A DNA stretch of 64,000 bases from Klebsormidium nitens (lineage: Eukaryota > Plantae > Klebsormidiophyceae). The notes below the pieces were generated by a model. That model had not been told where the DNA came from, made no database searches, and was given only the letters and a program-made list of their open reading frames with translations. The translations under genes and the position numbers were made by a program. The stretch is taken from NCBI GenBank assembly GCA_000708835.1, contig DF237253.1, positions 1-64,000 of the forward strand, read 5' to 3'. Positions 34,401 to 47,270 of the stretch are shown here, in pieces. Each line of letters starts with the position of its first letter. The stretch's first letter is position 1.

Positions 34401-35604
34401 CTTTCTGTCTGCGCTCCAGTCTCTAGCGCCCCAAGTTATCTGCCATGATGATACTGCAAAGACCGTCTCTGCTTAATGCAATTCTCTAAACAGGATCATA
34501 TCTTCCGGCAATGTGACGTTTTTCTTTCCGTCTGAGGAACGTGAGGCAGCAGATAAAAATGTCTACTCTGCATGCTCAGACTTTTTAGGATTCCGACAAG
34601 AGATCGCTCAAAGCCAAAACCTGGCACGGATTTCCCCAAAACCTGCACGGACTTCCCCTTTTCCTCTGAACGAGTTGCTGAAGATGGCTCTAAACAAAGA
34701 TCGCCCTTGACAGTGTCTAACCACGTTTTGCAGGGGCCGCGGATTCACCGACCAGTATCAGAACGCCCGGCGCTACCGCACCCCCTCCCCGGGACGGGTT
34801 GGTTATGTTAACCCGCTTCGTCGAGTTCCAATCGTTCGACCGGACCCCTCCCGAGAGGGCGCCGTTCCTGATGACGATGTTCCCGCCGGAGCAGAAGGGA
34901 GAGATAGGAGCGTGAGGACTGAACGGGCCGACCGGACGGAACGGAATGAGGGTGCGGAACTGAACGTCAGGAGGGAACGTGCTGAAGGGGACAGGCGGGG
35001 CATGAGTGAGGCGTTGAGGAAGCGGCTGGGCCCGAAAGTCACGGAAGAGGGGGGTGAGCTGGCCGGCGAGCCTGACCCCCCGGTACGACGGCGTGTGATT
35101 GAATCGGTGAAGGAGAAGGAACGGGAGCCGAGGAAGAGCAGCGTGTGGGCTCGTCTCGGGTTGGAAACAAAAGGGGGCTCGAAATCAGCGGGGAAAGAAG
35201 ACCCCCCGGAGGGAGGGAGGTGGGAGGAGATGAAAGAGATCGAAGGGCAAGACATCGGGGCGGAGTTTGTGAAGGACGATCTTCGGGCGGTGGAGGGTCA
35301 GGACGTAGGTCTGGTTTTGGATGAAGAGTTTGGGACGGAAACGAACGCTGAGAGGAGTGCGGCCGCGGCAGACATTGCGGCCGGTGAAGGTCCCGGGGAG
35401 AACGGCTCGGGGGATCCCTCCGGGCATGGTAGAAAGCTAGTGACGTATGACGACCTCGAGACAATCTCGCCCGAGAGGGAGGTCGTGAAGAGTCCGCAGA
35501 TGAGAGTGATCATGCCAAAGAGTCAGAAGCTGGCGCGTGTAGGAACTTCGCCGCTGGACGAGCAGTCGTTGTCTCCTCCTTCGTCACTTTCGGGAGGGGA
35601 TTGA
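28412..35604 (+). CDS. CYP63-like: Nuclear RS-domain cyclophilin (CYP63/CYP95-like), 8 exons
   Basis: Exons 28412-28489, 28760-28928, 29346-29459, 30135-30177, 30764-30924, 32007-32247, 33106-33842 and 34734-35604. Cyclophilin motifs [31 protein letters not shown] and HLDGKHVVFG; K/S/D-rich and RSP repeats; [17 protein letters not shown] 1-nt frameshift is needed at the G-run 33681-33685. Confidence 0.9.
30925..32006 (+). repeat. Intron built largely of decayed tandem copies of both flanking exon ends
   Basis: Donor-end copies with GT at 31084, 31232 and 31388; acceptor-end copies starting at 31483, 31647 and ~31832. Confidence 0.85.
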
Positions 35605-36745
35605 GATTCGTTTCGAATATTAATTGGAGACTTCGGAGGTTGCTTACCCCTCAGCATATGCCCCTCATTTTTCAGCTGAGCCTCCAATCAGATTGCCTCT
35701 TTGCGTAGCAGCTGACGACCTTAGGAAATCCATTAATTGCTGTGACCATATGGGTAGGTGAATGCTATTATGAAAGTTTTCGATCCAATTTGGCTGGCTG
35801 GCTTCATGGGTATCTCACATATGCAACCAAGCATAGATTTGTTGAAATGCAATATAGGAACGGGATTGCGCAAACAGCTAATCCGACATGAGGTGCATGC
35901 ACTGAGGCGGCCTGTATACATGCCTAGCTCGCCAGCTCAATACGCACATGCTGTAGCGAAATGGTAAAAAAGTTCCGCCCAGGCTTCACTTTATGTGGTG
36001 CATGTGGAAATCCGAGTCAGCCAAGTGCGCGGCAGTGAGTTATGTATAGCTGGGGCCGCTGCGACCATGTCACACGCATCTCCAGGCAATGATGCGCGCG
36101 AGCGCGCAGAATCAGCTACTTTCACGGCGGCCGGCCCGCCGGGCGCGGCAGATGCCGTGCATTGTGCAAGCTCCGCAATGCTGACCCTGATCAGTAGGTG
36201 CGGGTCCCTTTGGTTGCATGGCGCAAAATCAGAGTGATTGCTGTAATAACTAATCAGCTCATGCAAAGGGCATCATAACGACTAATATTGAAGTCTAGAA
36301 TTCTTGAGCACCTTCGAACTCTGTTGAACGCTGCGCAATGACGCCTCTGATAAGCGGAGGGGCGCATTGCTTTGATCACCGCAGATTGGGATTCAGATAT
36401 TTCGAAGAACCAACCTAAAAGGGTAATTTAGAGTTGAAGTCCTACAAGACACCTTCGTGAGTCGTGACTCTGCGCAATGAGAGTCCTGGTCAACGGAGGT
36501 GCGCGTTACTTTGGTCACCGCTGTCCCAAATTGCTCTGTTAGTAGGCTCGAAAGGGAAGATTAGAGTCGGTCTCTGTTCACCACCTTCAAAACGCTGTGA
36601 AAAGCTGCACGATGACAATCCTTATAAGCTGTGGGGCGGGTTTCCTGGATCCGTGCAGAATCTGTTTGTTCTGATCAACCAGCTCAGAAGGCAGAAAAGT
36701 AACAGTCCCTGTTGGGCACCTTCAAACGCTGTGCAAAACTGCGCA

Positions 36746-39700
36746 ATGGCGGTCCTTATAACCGGTGGTGCGGGTTTCCTAGGTCAGCGTGTGGCCAGGG
36801 CTCTATTGAAGGAATGGGAGAATGCTGGGCCTGATCCAGAGCAACCAGTCAAGCTTCTGCTGGTGGACATCAAAGAGCCTTCAGAGCGCATCCCAGGAGC
36901 TCATTATGTAAGTCGAGATCGTTTAAGGCAGCTCTGAGATTGTGGAAGGCAGCTTTACGCAGAACTGACTTATTTAAGGCAGCTCTGGTAGTGTGGAAAA
37001 CAGCTTTGATTGCCCGAAGTTAGCAAGTTGGCGAATTAAAGATGCCTCGATTATGTCAAGCTGTGCACTATGTTTTATCTGAGTTGACTGACAATTGAAT
37101 GTGAATTGTCAGTCATCTCCCCAAAAAGTTGACTGGTCAGAAAGACTCCGTAGTTCCTTACATCAGGCACTCAAGTTATCCATTTTTTCTTGCCTATATA
37201 TCCATTTTGAGCTGAACTCCCACGATCTTTGTCTGCAATGTGCGCTCAAGCTACAGTGAAGTACACACATATGACGGCGACTTGCAATCGATTGCCCCTT
37301 GTTAAGCCCTTCCTAAAAGTGACCCTTCCTTTGTATCTTCTTTTGTTTCCTTACTTTTCTGAAACCCTACTGCCTCCGCAGTGACTTTCACTGATGAAGG
37401 CTGTGTGAGAATAGCCTAGAGCTCTGGAGCTTGTTAAAGCTCATCGTTAGGACAGCCAGAGGTTTCAAATCACAAGCTGCTACCCGGACACAAACTGTTG
37501 TTTTCCTCGTCCAGGTCGTGGGTAACATCAGCGACGCTTCGTTTCTCGAGACAGTATTGACGGAGGAGGTGGCTAGGTGCAAATGTCTCTGACCTCTTTT
37601 TGCAAAGCACGGAGTTGAGCGCGTTATTCCCCATGCTTTGAACCTTGTCGGAGCCAAATTTCAGAATGTAGCACAATCTTGTCATACAACTTTCTTGACT
37701 GCAAGAGACATGCTATTTTCGTTTGACGTTTCTCCCTCTGTTTCCTCCTCTTCGGCGGTTAAGAGAAGTGCCCCCTGCGACGTAAATCAGGGCCTTATTT
37801 TTGATCAGGACGCTCTCTCCTGCGTTGTATCACCATATCTTCTCTGGCAAGGAGTTATGACCACTTCGAGGACTGAAAGAAGCAGTAAACAAGCAGTCAG
37901 ATTTTGCAACGGTAATACCTCAGGTATAGGGAAGTTTGATGCACCAATCAAACTTCGGAAAGAGTGAACAGGTCAATTTGAGTGGAAACAACATACCTCT
38001 AAGTACTTTTTTTCAAAAAGTCAACTCTCGTTTGCAGCATCTTTCATTTTGCTGCCATCCTGAGTGCGCACACCGAGAGCGAGTACGACCTGGGAATGAA
38101 GGTGAGAACGTCAGCTTTTCTCTTTCAGAGTACAACAACGAAAAAGTCTTGCTGAGTTGGAGGAAACTTATCATACATTAGCATTGAGCGTGACACGTGC
38201 AGCCATGGTTTCTGGAGAACCGATTATTGGGCCGATAGAAGTGCTAAACCTCAAGGATTCCACATATTCTCGGAGGTTGAGATGATAAGACTTGAGCAGG
38301 AGTCTAGTCAACGGAGGTGGAGTCCTTTTCGCGTTACTAATTTGGCATTTAAGTAACATGATTCAATGCGCGGAGAACGCTTCTTTCTACTTCATGCCAG
38401 GAGGCGGTTCATCCAGCGTTTCGTTTCTGAACCCTGCCTGGTGAAGGCCCAAGAGAGGACTTTGAACCGGGGCTGTAACCAGATTTTCTTCACTAACCAG
38501 GCTCCCTTTGGGAAGATGAATTCTGGTCTCTCAGTTCCAAATTCCGGTCTCTGGTTTCCGGTTTCTAAGGTGCTCTTTGTCGTCGACCCACTTTCTTGTC
38601 AGTAAGCGCTCCCACATTCTCAATTCCCACCAACTCAAAATGACGCCTCCGTTGCTCACGATTTCGATCTGCCAAAATGCGGCTTCGTTTTTGCAGCTAA
38701 CCCGTCCGTCCTGCTTATTTTTTTCACCATTTTAAGCAAACCCTTCGACTTGCCGTCAGGTGAACTTCGACGCCACCAGAGCAATCATCGAACGGGCGCG
38801 CGCCCTGGAGACGCGGCCGAAGCTCATCTTCACTAGCTCGGTTGCAGTCTTCGGCATACCCCCTCAGGTGAGAGGAAGAAAGCGAGCAGATTGAACCTAG
38901 TCAGACCCCCCCCGAAACTTCGAAGTGCAATCTTTGTGAATGGTTGCTCGCTCCCTCGCTCGTAAACGGGCCCCATACCGGGAGAGACGCAACAGTGTTA
39001 GACATGAACGAAATAAGGTGCGTTCTTCGGCTAGCAGATTTCCCCCGGCGCGTGAAAACCAGAGCCCTCATCTCCAAGCTTCGCCCGGGACGGCTGTTAG
39101 CCCTACTTTCGGGTCAACAAGTGCACCCAAAATGCACCAGTCGGTTCCCAAAGGTCGCTGAATGGTTTTATATACTGCTGCATCAAAATACTCCCCCTCC
39201 CTCTTCATTACGGCATGTCTTTGCAGCCGTTGACGGGGATCCAACTCGTCCCCGGTTATTCGGCACGACTCCGGACGAGCTTTTCGGAAAGTGAATCGGC
39301 TCAAGTTGGATTCTGTTCGAAGAAATTTGCTGGCCTCTGCTTGTAAGGAGCGGCACCCAGAACGTCATATCCCGTTGCCGGCATGATCGTTTTTCCGCTG
39401 CGATGTCCAGGAAACAATTGACACGAACGCACTCCGAGAACGCCAGCTGTCCTTTACGGAGAAGACGGCCGTCACGCCCCAGTCGTCGTACGGAGCTCAA
39501 GTGAGGTACTAGGAAGCTGCGATTGCCATGCTAACAAAGGTGAACCGTTCGCGCGTGAGGAACCGTTGGTAACTCCGTCCAAAACATGCACGTACACTCT
39601 TCCTTGTGCCCACGTTTTCTTCGCACTCTGTGCTAGACCGAAAGAATCCATCTCTTACGCGCGTCCAACTATTTCTGGAAGGCTCGTGTTCCAGTGCGCC

Positions 39701-42700
39701 GCACCTCTTACACTTGCACCGTTGGGCTTACTGAAATAGGCTGACAACCATCAGTGACACTTCCCCGGTTTCTCAGCTTGTCAGAAGACCCTCTAGGTCT
39801 TCTCGCTCGTCCAAATGCTCTCTCGCTCGCACATAGCATGCTCTTGTTGATGTCACAACCCTTCACTCGTCCATACGACGCCCTCACGCGTTGCACTTCC
39901 GTTTGCGCTTTATCATTGTTCCACCATTCAGCACGGTTTCATCCGCACGTCCCACCAACCCGCCTGCGCACACGAGTCTCTCCCTTGCTCATACGGCTCT
40001 TGCATCTGGACACATCCGACTCGCCCGCTTGCTCATACGACCTCCCCGCTTGCTCATACGACGTCCCCCCTTATCTATACGCAGAAGGCCATGGCTGAGC
40101 TGCTCGTTGCGGACGCCACGCGGCGGGGCTTCGTCGACGGTCGCGCCGTCCGCTTACCAACGGTGGTCGTTCGGCCCGGCAAGTGAGATCGTCCGCAGTA
40201 TGATCTTTTCGAGGAACTAAAATTTGATTATAAGGCCTCTGATTTTGATGGGCTTTCCAGACTCCTGCTCGTCATTTGACAATCATCTTTTTATTACCGC
40301 GAAGTCAAACGGGGTGACTCGTCATCTCCGGTGCAACACTTGCACCTTTTGACATTCGCGTCAATTGAAGCCCTAGTAATCGGCGGCAGACGTTGCGGCA
40401 TCTTAAAATCGTAGGCGAAGCAATGGTTTTCCCAAATCCACTGCTCGGAAGTGGTCCGGAGCAACCCTGGAAGGAATGTCTCTGCTTCTTCGTCGCCAGC
40501 GCATCACAGGCCCCGGTGTGCTTTCTTCGAAGATTGACTATTTTTCTGAGCTCCCCCGTTGTTTAAACGAGCCAGCAGTTCTCGGCCTTTTCAAGCCCGC
40601 GGTAACCCGGTTCTTGTCGCCCCGGCATACGTCCTTCGCTGGAATTCAGCGGCCCGAAAAGAAGACAGTTTGATTTCTTCATCGAATCCACCAATTTGCC
40701 ATGGTTTTCCGTCTGAGGAAACATGTCTTCTTTTTCGCGTATAAGTCCCCTTTTGAAAGCTTAGATTCAGCGTATAGATTAAGGTGACGGTATGTTTGCC
40801 GAACGCGTTCTGTCGAGCTGCTCTTGAAGCAAGGTCTTGGATCCGAAGTGGTTGCTCTGAGTTGCATGAAAAAGGTTTCAAAGGATTGTTCCGTTGTTCC
40901 GTTGTTCCGTTGTTCCAGCTTTCTCGTCGCCAAAATTTCACAAGCGCTTTGCAGGATGCCAGTTCCTTTCAAACGTCTGTCAGTGCCCTTCTCCACCGGT
41001 CTTTGCAGGCACACGTCTCGCTTTCCGTCAATTGTGGCCCACGTTGAGTTGCACCAGTTTCCCAGCCCAACAAAATCGGAAACCCTAAACCCCGACTTTA
41101 CCTGCTTTGCATCCCAACCCAACCCAAAATAAAATATCTAATCTACCCGTCCCCTTGGGCAGTTGCCGGATTCAGCGTAGCGTAACTCTCTGGTAAATCT
41201 GACGCTATTTTGCAGGCCGGCCCGAGCCGCTTCTTCTTTTGCCTCGGGTGTCATACGCGAGCCCCTGCAAGGCCAGCCGTCGGTCTGCCCGGTAGATCCC
41301 GACACTCCTGTCTGGATCCAGGTGTGACACGTGGCGCCTTGTCATTTGCAAGATCGCTAGCGCGAGTTGGCTCCTTTTGCAACTCTTGTCTGAGGTTGCT
41401 AATCCTGGAGCTGTAGTGTAAGGGGAAAAGCGCGAGCTACTTTTTGACGGCGTTTCGACGGGAAGTGACAGACTGAGATTTCTTGCAGCATTCTGACACA
41501 CGGCCAAAGTCGTCCAAATTCCGTGCTCGGGCGATCGCAGATTAGTAAGGTGCTTTAACCCTTTTCTAACCAGAAACTCGAGTTCCGCACGTTCAGTTCT
41601 TGTTTAGCCGGCAGCCTTCGTACGGGTCACGCTTGCGCAGACGGCTCATCACGCTCCCTTGGCCTCGACAACGTCACTTTGCCACAGCCAAAACCACGAG
41701 CCGTCCAAACCCTCGACCTGGTGACGTTAGTTGCCATCAGCAGAGACTCAATCCCACCTATTCCTCTGCAGTCCCCCCGGAAAGTGGTTGAAAACCTGAT
41801 ACGCGCGCACAACCTTCCGCGGTCTACGGGACCCGTCGTGGTAACCCTGCCGGGTTTGTCGGTGAGCCAAAGTAACCCAGCTGGAAAAGAGCGCGAGCGC
41901 GTAGGAGATTAAAGTCGGCGTCGTGGACTTGCATGCCCGCTTACTCTTTCAACATATGCGCCTGAGTCGCCAAGTTGGTTCGATTCAACCCTCAAGATGA
42001 AAACGAAGCTTTAGGAATAATAAGGTGACCACCAGCACTTAAAGACGGGTCGGGTTAGGTTAGGGAGTTCAGGGTGAGTTAAGTTGCGGGCGGGCGGAGT
42101 CGGAGTTCAGATTGCCTATGGATCCCGTAATTCCTAACTCTATTGAAAATCCACGTTGGCCAAATTGTCAATGATGTCTCCTGTTGAAAAAATATTAGCC
42201 CCGCCAAGTGTGCAGTTTGAAAGCGTCCCATCCGAGAAAAAGCCTGGCATCCAAGCCTCAGAATGTTCCGGGGAACACGAAGTCCTATGATGCTTTCGCT
42301 GGCGCGATTGGGAGAGTCGTCTTTGGAATCGATCACTTCGAACACTGGAAGCCCCGGATTGACTTCCACCGTTCGAGAGCAAGTCAGGCCTTTCAGCGAC
42401 GGCCCTTGTCATCAGTTGAAGCTCCCAGACACTCTGATGCCTTGCCTTTGGAGTGATTATCCTTCGGAGTTGTCCGTCATCATTTTACTTCAAAGAAAGC
42501 CTTGAAGAAACCTTACTGAGCTCAGCCGCCCTTTCGCCGAAAGGCTGGATCAGATTCAATCCCTTGAAGCGGATTCACAAGGTTCAGCGGAATGGCCGGA
42601 ACCAAATCGCTGGTTGTGAAGCAGAATGGCAAGATTTTGATTCATCTCTTCCGTATTCATTCGCAGGTCACTGTTCGCGAGATGATCAACGCCGTGGTTT

Positions 42701-44051
42701 GGGCGAAGGGCCGAAGCGATTTGGTAAGCATCGCGTGCTTATGCATGAGCGGGTACCCGTTCGTGGAGAATCATTTGGGCAGCTCGAGCGGAAATGTAAA
42801 AGTCAAAGGTGTCTACATGGACTCTCTGGTGCCAGCAGATGTTGCAGGAAATCCGATGCGCTCTGCAATACGTGCAAGGAATCAGTGCTCAAGGTTCGGC
42901 GTCTAGCACAGGGCGCTCTTTTTGTCTCCTTCAAAACTTGAAAATGTTCTCGGACGATTCATAGCTTCTTGTAAAGGCTTTTTGATCGAGGTGTTCTGCT
43001 TTCAGAGCAACGCCTGGTTGCCTTGTCAACCGGTTGCCAGTCTTGCTTGCTTGGATTCTCGTTGGAGCCGCAAAGGGACCGGCTTCTGGCGGCTTCCTTG
43101 CGGTTGAGTCCCGTCTTTCCGCAAGCGATGTTTGGACCCATCGAGGTCCAAGCACGGTATTTGTGCAGTCTTGTCCGGTGTCCTGGCCGGAAAGCCTGTG
43201 ATCAAAAGTCCATCACCGCCTACACAGAAAGTGTTGAAACCAACGGTCAACAAGCTCGTAGCCAATATGCTGCTTTAGGTTTTCGAAAACGTTTCTTAGA
43301 AACGTTTGCAAATTATCACGACGAGGGGCTCACCTTCTCTCCCGAGGGACGACGTCCGGGCTTGCTTTGCTAGCTTCTCCTGTAAGGACAGAAGGAACGC
43401 ATACGGTTTCAGCCCGACTGACACGGTCACAAACTGACTGCACCGCCCTTTGCTGTTTCCCAGGTCCGATTCGAGAGGCAGCCAGAAGTCGAGCGCATCT
43501 TCTGCTCCTGGCCGGGTCGAATAGACACCCCGGCGGCAAGCAGTCTGGGGTTTGAAGCCGACGAGTAAGGATTTTTACGGAGACCAAGTCATCATCATCT
43601 ATGTCTGTCCGCTGAACAATCCTCTTCTCGCAACAGGAAGGCCATGAAAAGATGCGCTGACAAGGATGAGCGTTTGAGCGTTTTCATGCACGTGGGTTTC
43701 AGGACTTCTGGGCGCCTTCTCAGACGTAGGAAAGTCAGGAAGGAGGGGCGCCGCCTCTTGAGGATCTTCTTATTCAGAAGAGCTTGTTACTCATGGAATG
43801 ATACTTTTTCGAGGTAGAGAGCCCAGCATATATCAGAGATTCACTCCGCGGGATGAAATGAACTTATCAAAGAATACATTCCGGAATTGGAAGTCAGTAG
43901 CCGTTACCGGAGTTGGCTCTTGTCGGTTCGAGTTGAATGCAGCCTCTGAGCAGGGGACTCACATTATGCTCCGCCCGTTTTTTGCAGGAGCATTGAGGAA
44001 GTGATCCGGGCTTTCATCGAGGTTGACCTCGAGATGCCGACCAATCCGTGA
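36746..44051 (+). CDS. denD-like: NAD-dependent epimerase/dehydrogenase (extended SDR), D-erythronate dehydrogenase DenD-like, 11 exons
   Basis: Exons 36746-36907, 37515-37576, 38038-38101, 38760-38867, 39411-39500, 40085-40182, 41216-41321, 41772-41861, 42667-42723, 43464-43564 and 43988-44051. Motifs TGGAGFLG, IFHFAAILS, FTSSVAVFG, catalytic YGAQK, RLPTVVVRPGKP, AASSFAS..IREPL and SWP. Confidence 0.88.
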
Positions 44052-44811
44052 GCGACTGTCGGCCTCTCACCTGTGTTAGTTCATGTTTGACTGATAGTTA
44101 CAAATGTAGGACAGTTTGTACATAGAGAGAAGTGAGACTGTCATATGTGTTGTCTTGATTGATTCGACGTAGCGAGCGAGGTACTTGATTGGACTAAGCC
44201 TTTCAAAAGCGTTTGTCGAGTAATAGCGTTTGTGCGCCCGACCCAGTGCATTGAAACTTCACAAAACCAGTGACTGATTGATTTATGAGCGCGGCAGGAC
44301 CGCACCGGCGGCCCGCCAAGCGAGTCATACACACAGGCGCGAGCACAGCATGCGCCGTTTGCTGCCTTCCTACGTACCCTCTTTAATTAGTGATCGTAAG
44401 GTGCTCGCCGTCCATACTTTCCAATTGCTGAATGCGTAAGCAAACGATCCAAGTGACGATTGAGTTGAGCGGATACATGCTCGATCATGCCGCCTCTTCC
44501 GAACTTACTTAGCTATTGATTGGATACAACTATTACCTGGGTATCACATAAGACGGTCGCACTACTTGTGTTGCACCGTTGAGGTGTGCCTTCAGTTGAA
44601 AGTGCCCATCAAAGTTGACGTATACGTGGGATGAGTCGAACACATGCAGCTATCATTATATACAATGAACCATTGGAGTGTTCCCTAGTCATATATGATG
44701 TTCCCTAGTGGTATATGATGGCACTGTTTTCAACCACGTCGATCGCGATAAGTACGGCGTCTTCAACGCTACGGTTGTTCTCAAGGGGCCCTCAAGCAGA
44801 GAGCAGAGCTA

Positions 44812-44905
44812 GAGATTGAGATTGAGATTGAGATTGAGATTGAGATTGAGATTGAGATTGAGATTGAGATTGAGATCGAGAAATTGAGATCGAGACTGAG
44901 ATTGA
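44812..44905. repeat. (GAGATT)n microsatellite
   Basis: Ten perfect units at 44812-44871, then degenerate units. Confidence 0.95.
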
Positions 44906-45290
44906 TGCTAGAGGACCTGAAAAAGGACTAGTCTTAGGGTCATTTGTGAGACGTAAAGAAGCCCGCTTACCTACTAATAGTAAGCACGGCACGGTAATAT
45001 TGCATGGTCCTGGGTTTGTTTCTGGAACGGTACATCTGACCCCGTAGTTGAGTACATGTACAGCTCTGTGATTTAGGGAGGGGCAACTGGAACCTGATGC
45101 TCAAGAGGACTTACAATAAAACCTTTAGTTAGAGTTTGCTGACACGTAAAGAAGCCCTGATTACCTACTGACTAGAATCTCGGCACGGGTGTAACCCTGT
45201 CTTGTTTTATGGACGATATGCCCAACCTTGTACTAGCTTGATACATATAGGCTGTTTGGTTTTCAAAGTTTTCCAGCCACAACTGACGTC
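44905..45290. repeat. ~190-bp degenerate tandem duplication
   Basis: ACGTAAAGAAGCCC..TTACCTACT...CGGCACGG recurs at ~44950 and ~45143. Confidence 0.55.
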
Positions 45291-47270
45291 GTTTTAAAAC
45301 AGAAAAAGCACCACGGTAGGGTGTGTCCCAATCTGTCGGAGGCTTTGACAATCGCCTTCAAGCCGCAGATCAATTAGTGTATTTAGCAGGCTCAGTATGA
45401 GCAATTGTGAAATGTAATCCGGTTAGTAAGCTGATCCTCGTTTGCTGAGTGCCGCGGGGGTCTTGGACCATCAAGCTCTACAGGTCTATCATGCATCTAA
45501 TAAGTATCCCCATGTCATCCGATATGCCCATTTTATCTGATATAATGCCTCGTTCAGGGGGCTTATATTTCATACCGGGCCATAACGGAGACTGCACTTT
45601 GTCGGGTCAGATTGAGAAGTGCGGCACTCTCCGGCCGTTTGTTCGATCTCTAGCAGGATTCCGCTTCGCGTACGTTTATCGAAAAGGCACCGGCCCCGTG
45701 TCGAAGCAACTTTCAGAAGCACTTGCCCCATGGTGTTCGAACACCATGAATACAACGAAGGGCTTGATTGAAATGCAATATGGCCTTTTACAATAATCAC
45801 TCTTTTTGAAATCGCGAAGCAGTGAAGAATGTTAAGAACGTATGTTATGAGCCGCCGCACTAGCTGTTAATAATTCTGGACATTCTCGCTAATCAGGCTG
45901 ACAGGCAGTCGGCCCGGGGTCAAACACTGCACAGGATCCTGGCGTGATGCGGGGAGTTTAGGACGTCCGCTTTTGCCGCGACCGGGGCTGCTGGGCTGCC
46001 GGTGCAGCACCGTCGTTTTACACCCCGTCGTCTTACACCCCATCTGTGCCGTGAGATGCATCGCACGCTGTGATGCAGACTTCTATCAATATCAGTTTGC
46101 ACGTGAACGATGAAATGCTTGAGAAGCGCCCAAACGGCGTCTTCTCTCAGCTTCGTCCGCGGCGGGACCCGTCCGAGCAGTGGGTGCCAGGCGGCCCTCT
46201 GCGCGCGCGCCGCGTGGCCGGCGATATGACTCGATTACGACAATTGTACACGTAGCTGGAGCCGCGCGATCAATCAAACAACTGAAGGGGGGCCGGCCTC
46301 AGAATGTCGGCCAGCTAATTTCTCTGAGCGGCCCAAAACATTAATTACGTACACTGAGCGGCTCGCGCCACTTCAATCTCAAAGCGTATGACTTTGGTAA
46401 GGAATCTCGTCGATCTGGGCCAATTGTGATGAGTACGACTGGCGCCTGCCTTAATCTCGTCTACAAACAAAGCGTCTGCTGACTGCACGAAGCCGTCACG
46501 CATGAAGTTAGCGACTGCAAACATTTCGTGCAAGAAGACTTTGGCAGCGCGCGGTGCTCGCGAACGCCATGCTGACATGCAGCTAGCCCGGCCCGCGGAC
46601 AGTGCATCCGCTAGCGCGCCCGGGGCGGAGGGCCCGTTTTCCCGGGCTAGCTGCCTGAGGCCGGGCAACGGACTGGCGGAAAATCTTCTGGGGGATCTAC
46701 CATCCCCGGGCATAGTCGATTGCCCGAAGGTAAGGCCGGGGAAAGACTCCCCGAGATGTCGCGCGTCCGGTGATATGAGATCAGACGGGGGAACGTGCAT
46801 GTATCGAGAATTGACATATGTCACAATCTACCAGAGTGCTGCACCTACCCGTAATTTGTCGTCATCCAGAAACCAATTCAGCAATCAAAATAGTGCCTGG
46901 CCACGGCTCTGGTTCCTGGCACCCGGTACAATCAAGATCCGTTTGTTTGGACAGCTGAGGCACAATATTCCAAACCATTTAGTGACTTCATCACGACTCC
47001 GCATTAGTACCAAGGTAACATGGGGGTAACATATCCCATTTTGGCATGGCACCTGATGATGTTGACGTGTCATATATCCGTAAACGGCCACCTCATCTGC
47101 ATATCTAGGTCAAACCATGCAATAATGATCCAGCACGACCACCCAGCTTTGTTGTTTTTTCAGAAACAGTCTTGAAGCATAACATTGTTCAGGAAATCGA
47201 GCACATGATGGGATAGAGGTTGTTGGCTTCTGACATTCGCTGATCCAAAATGTGGGAACGACGAACAGCT

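Noticed and set aside
31522-35513. Many overlapping R/S/F-rich ORFs on both strands
   Set aside because: Alternative frames of low-complexity cyclophilin exons and their intronic duplicates.
42045-42070. GGGTTAGGTTAGGG as a telomere or chromosome end
   Set aside because: Only about two degenerate units inside an intron; compatible with chance or a telo-box.
44792-44992. ORF with a (QS)n tract
   Set aside because: Translation of the GAGATT microsatellite.
45449-47091. ORFs of 115-175 aa in the intergenic region
   Set aside because: No family motifs; they overlap on both strands in GC-rich DNA; insufficient support.
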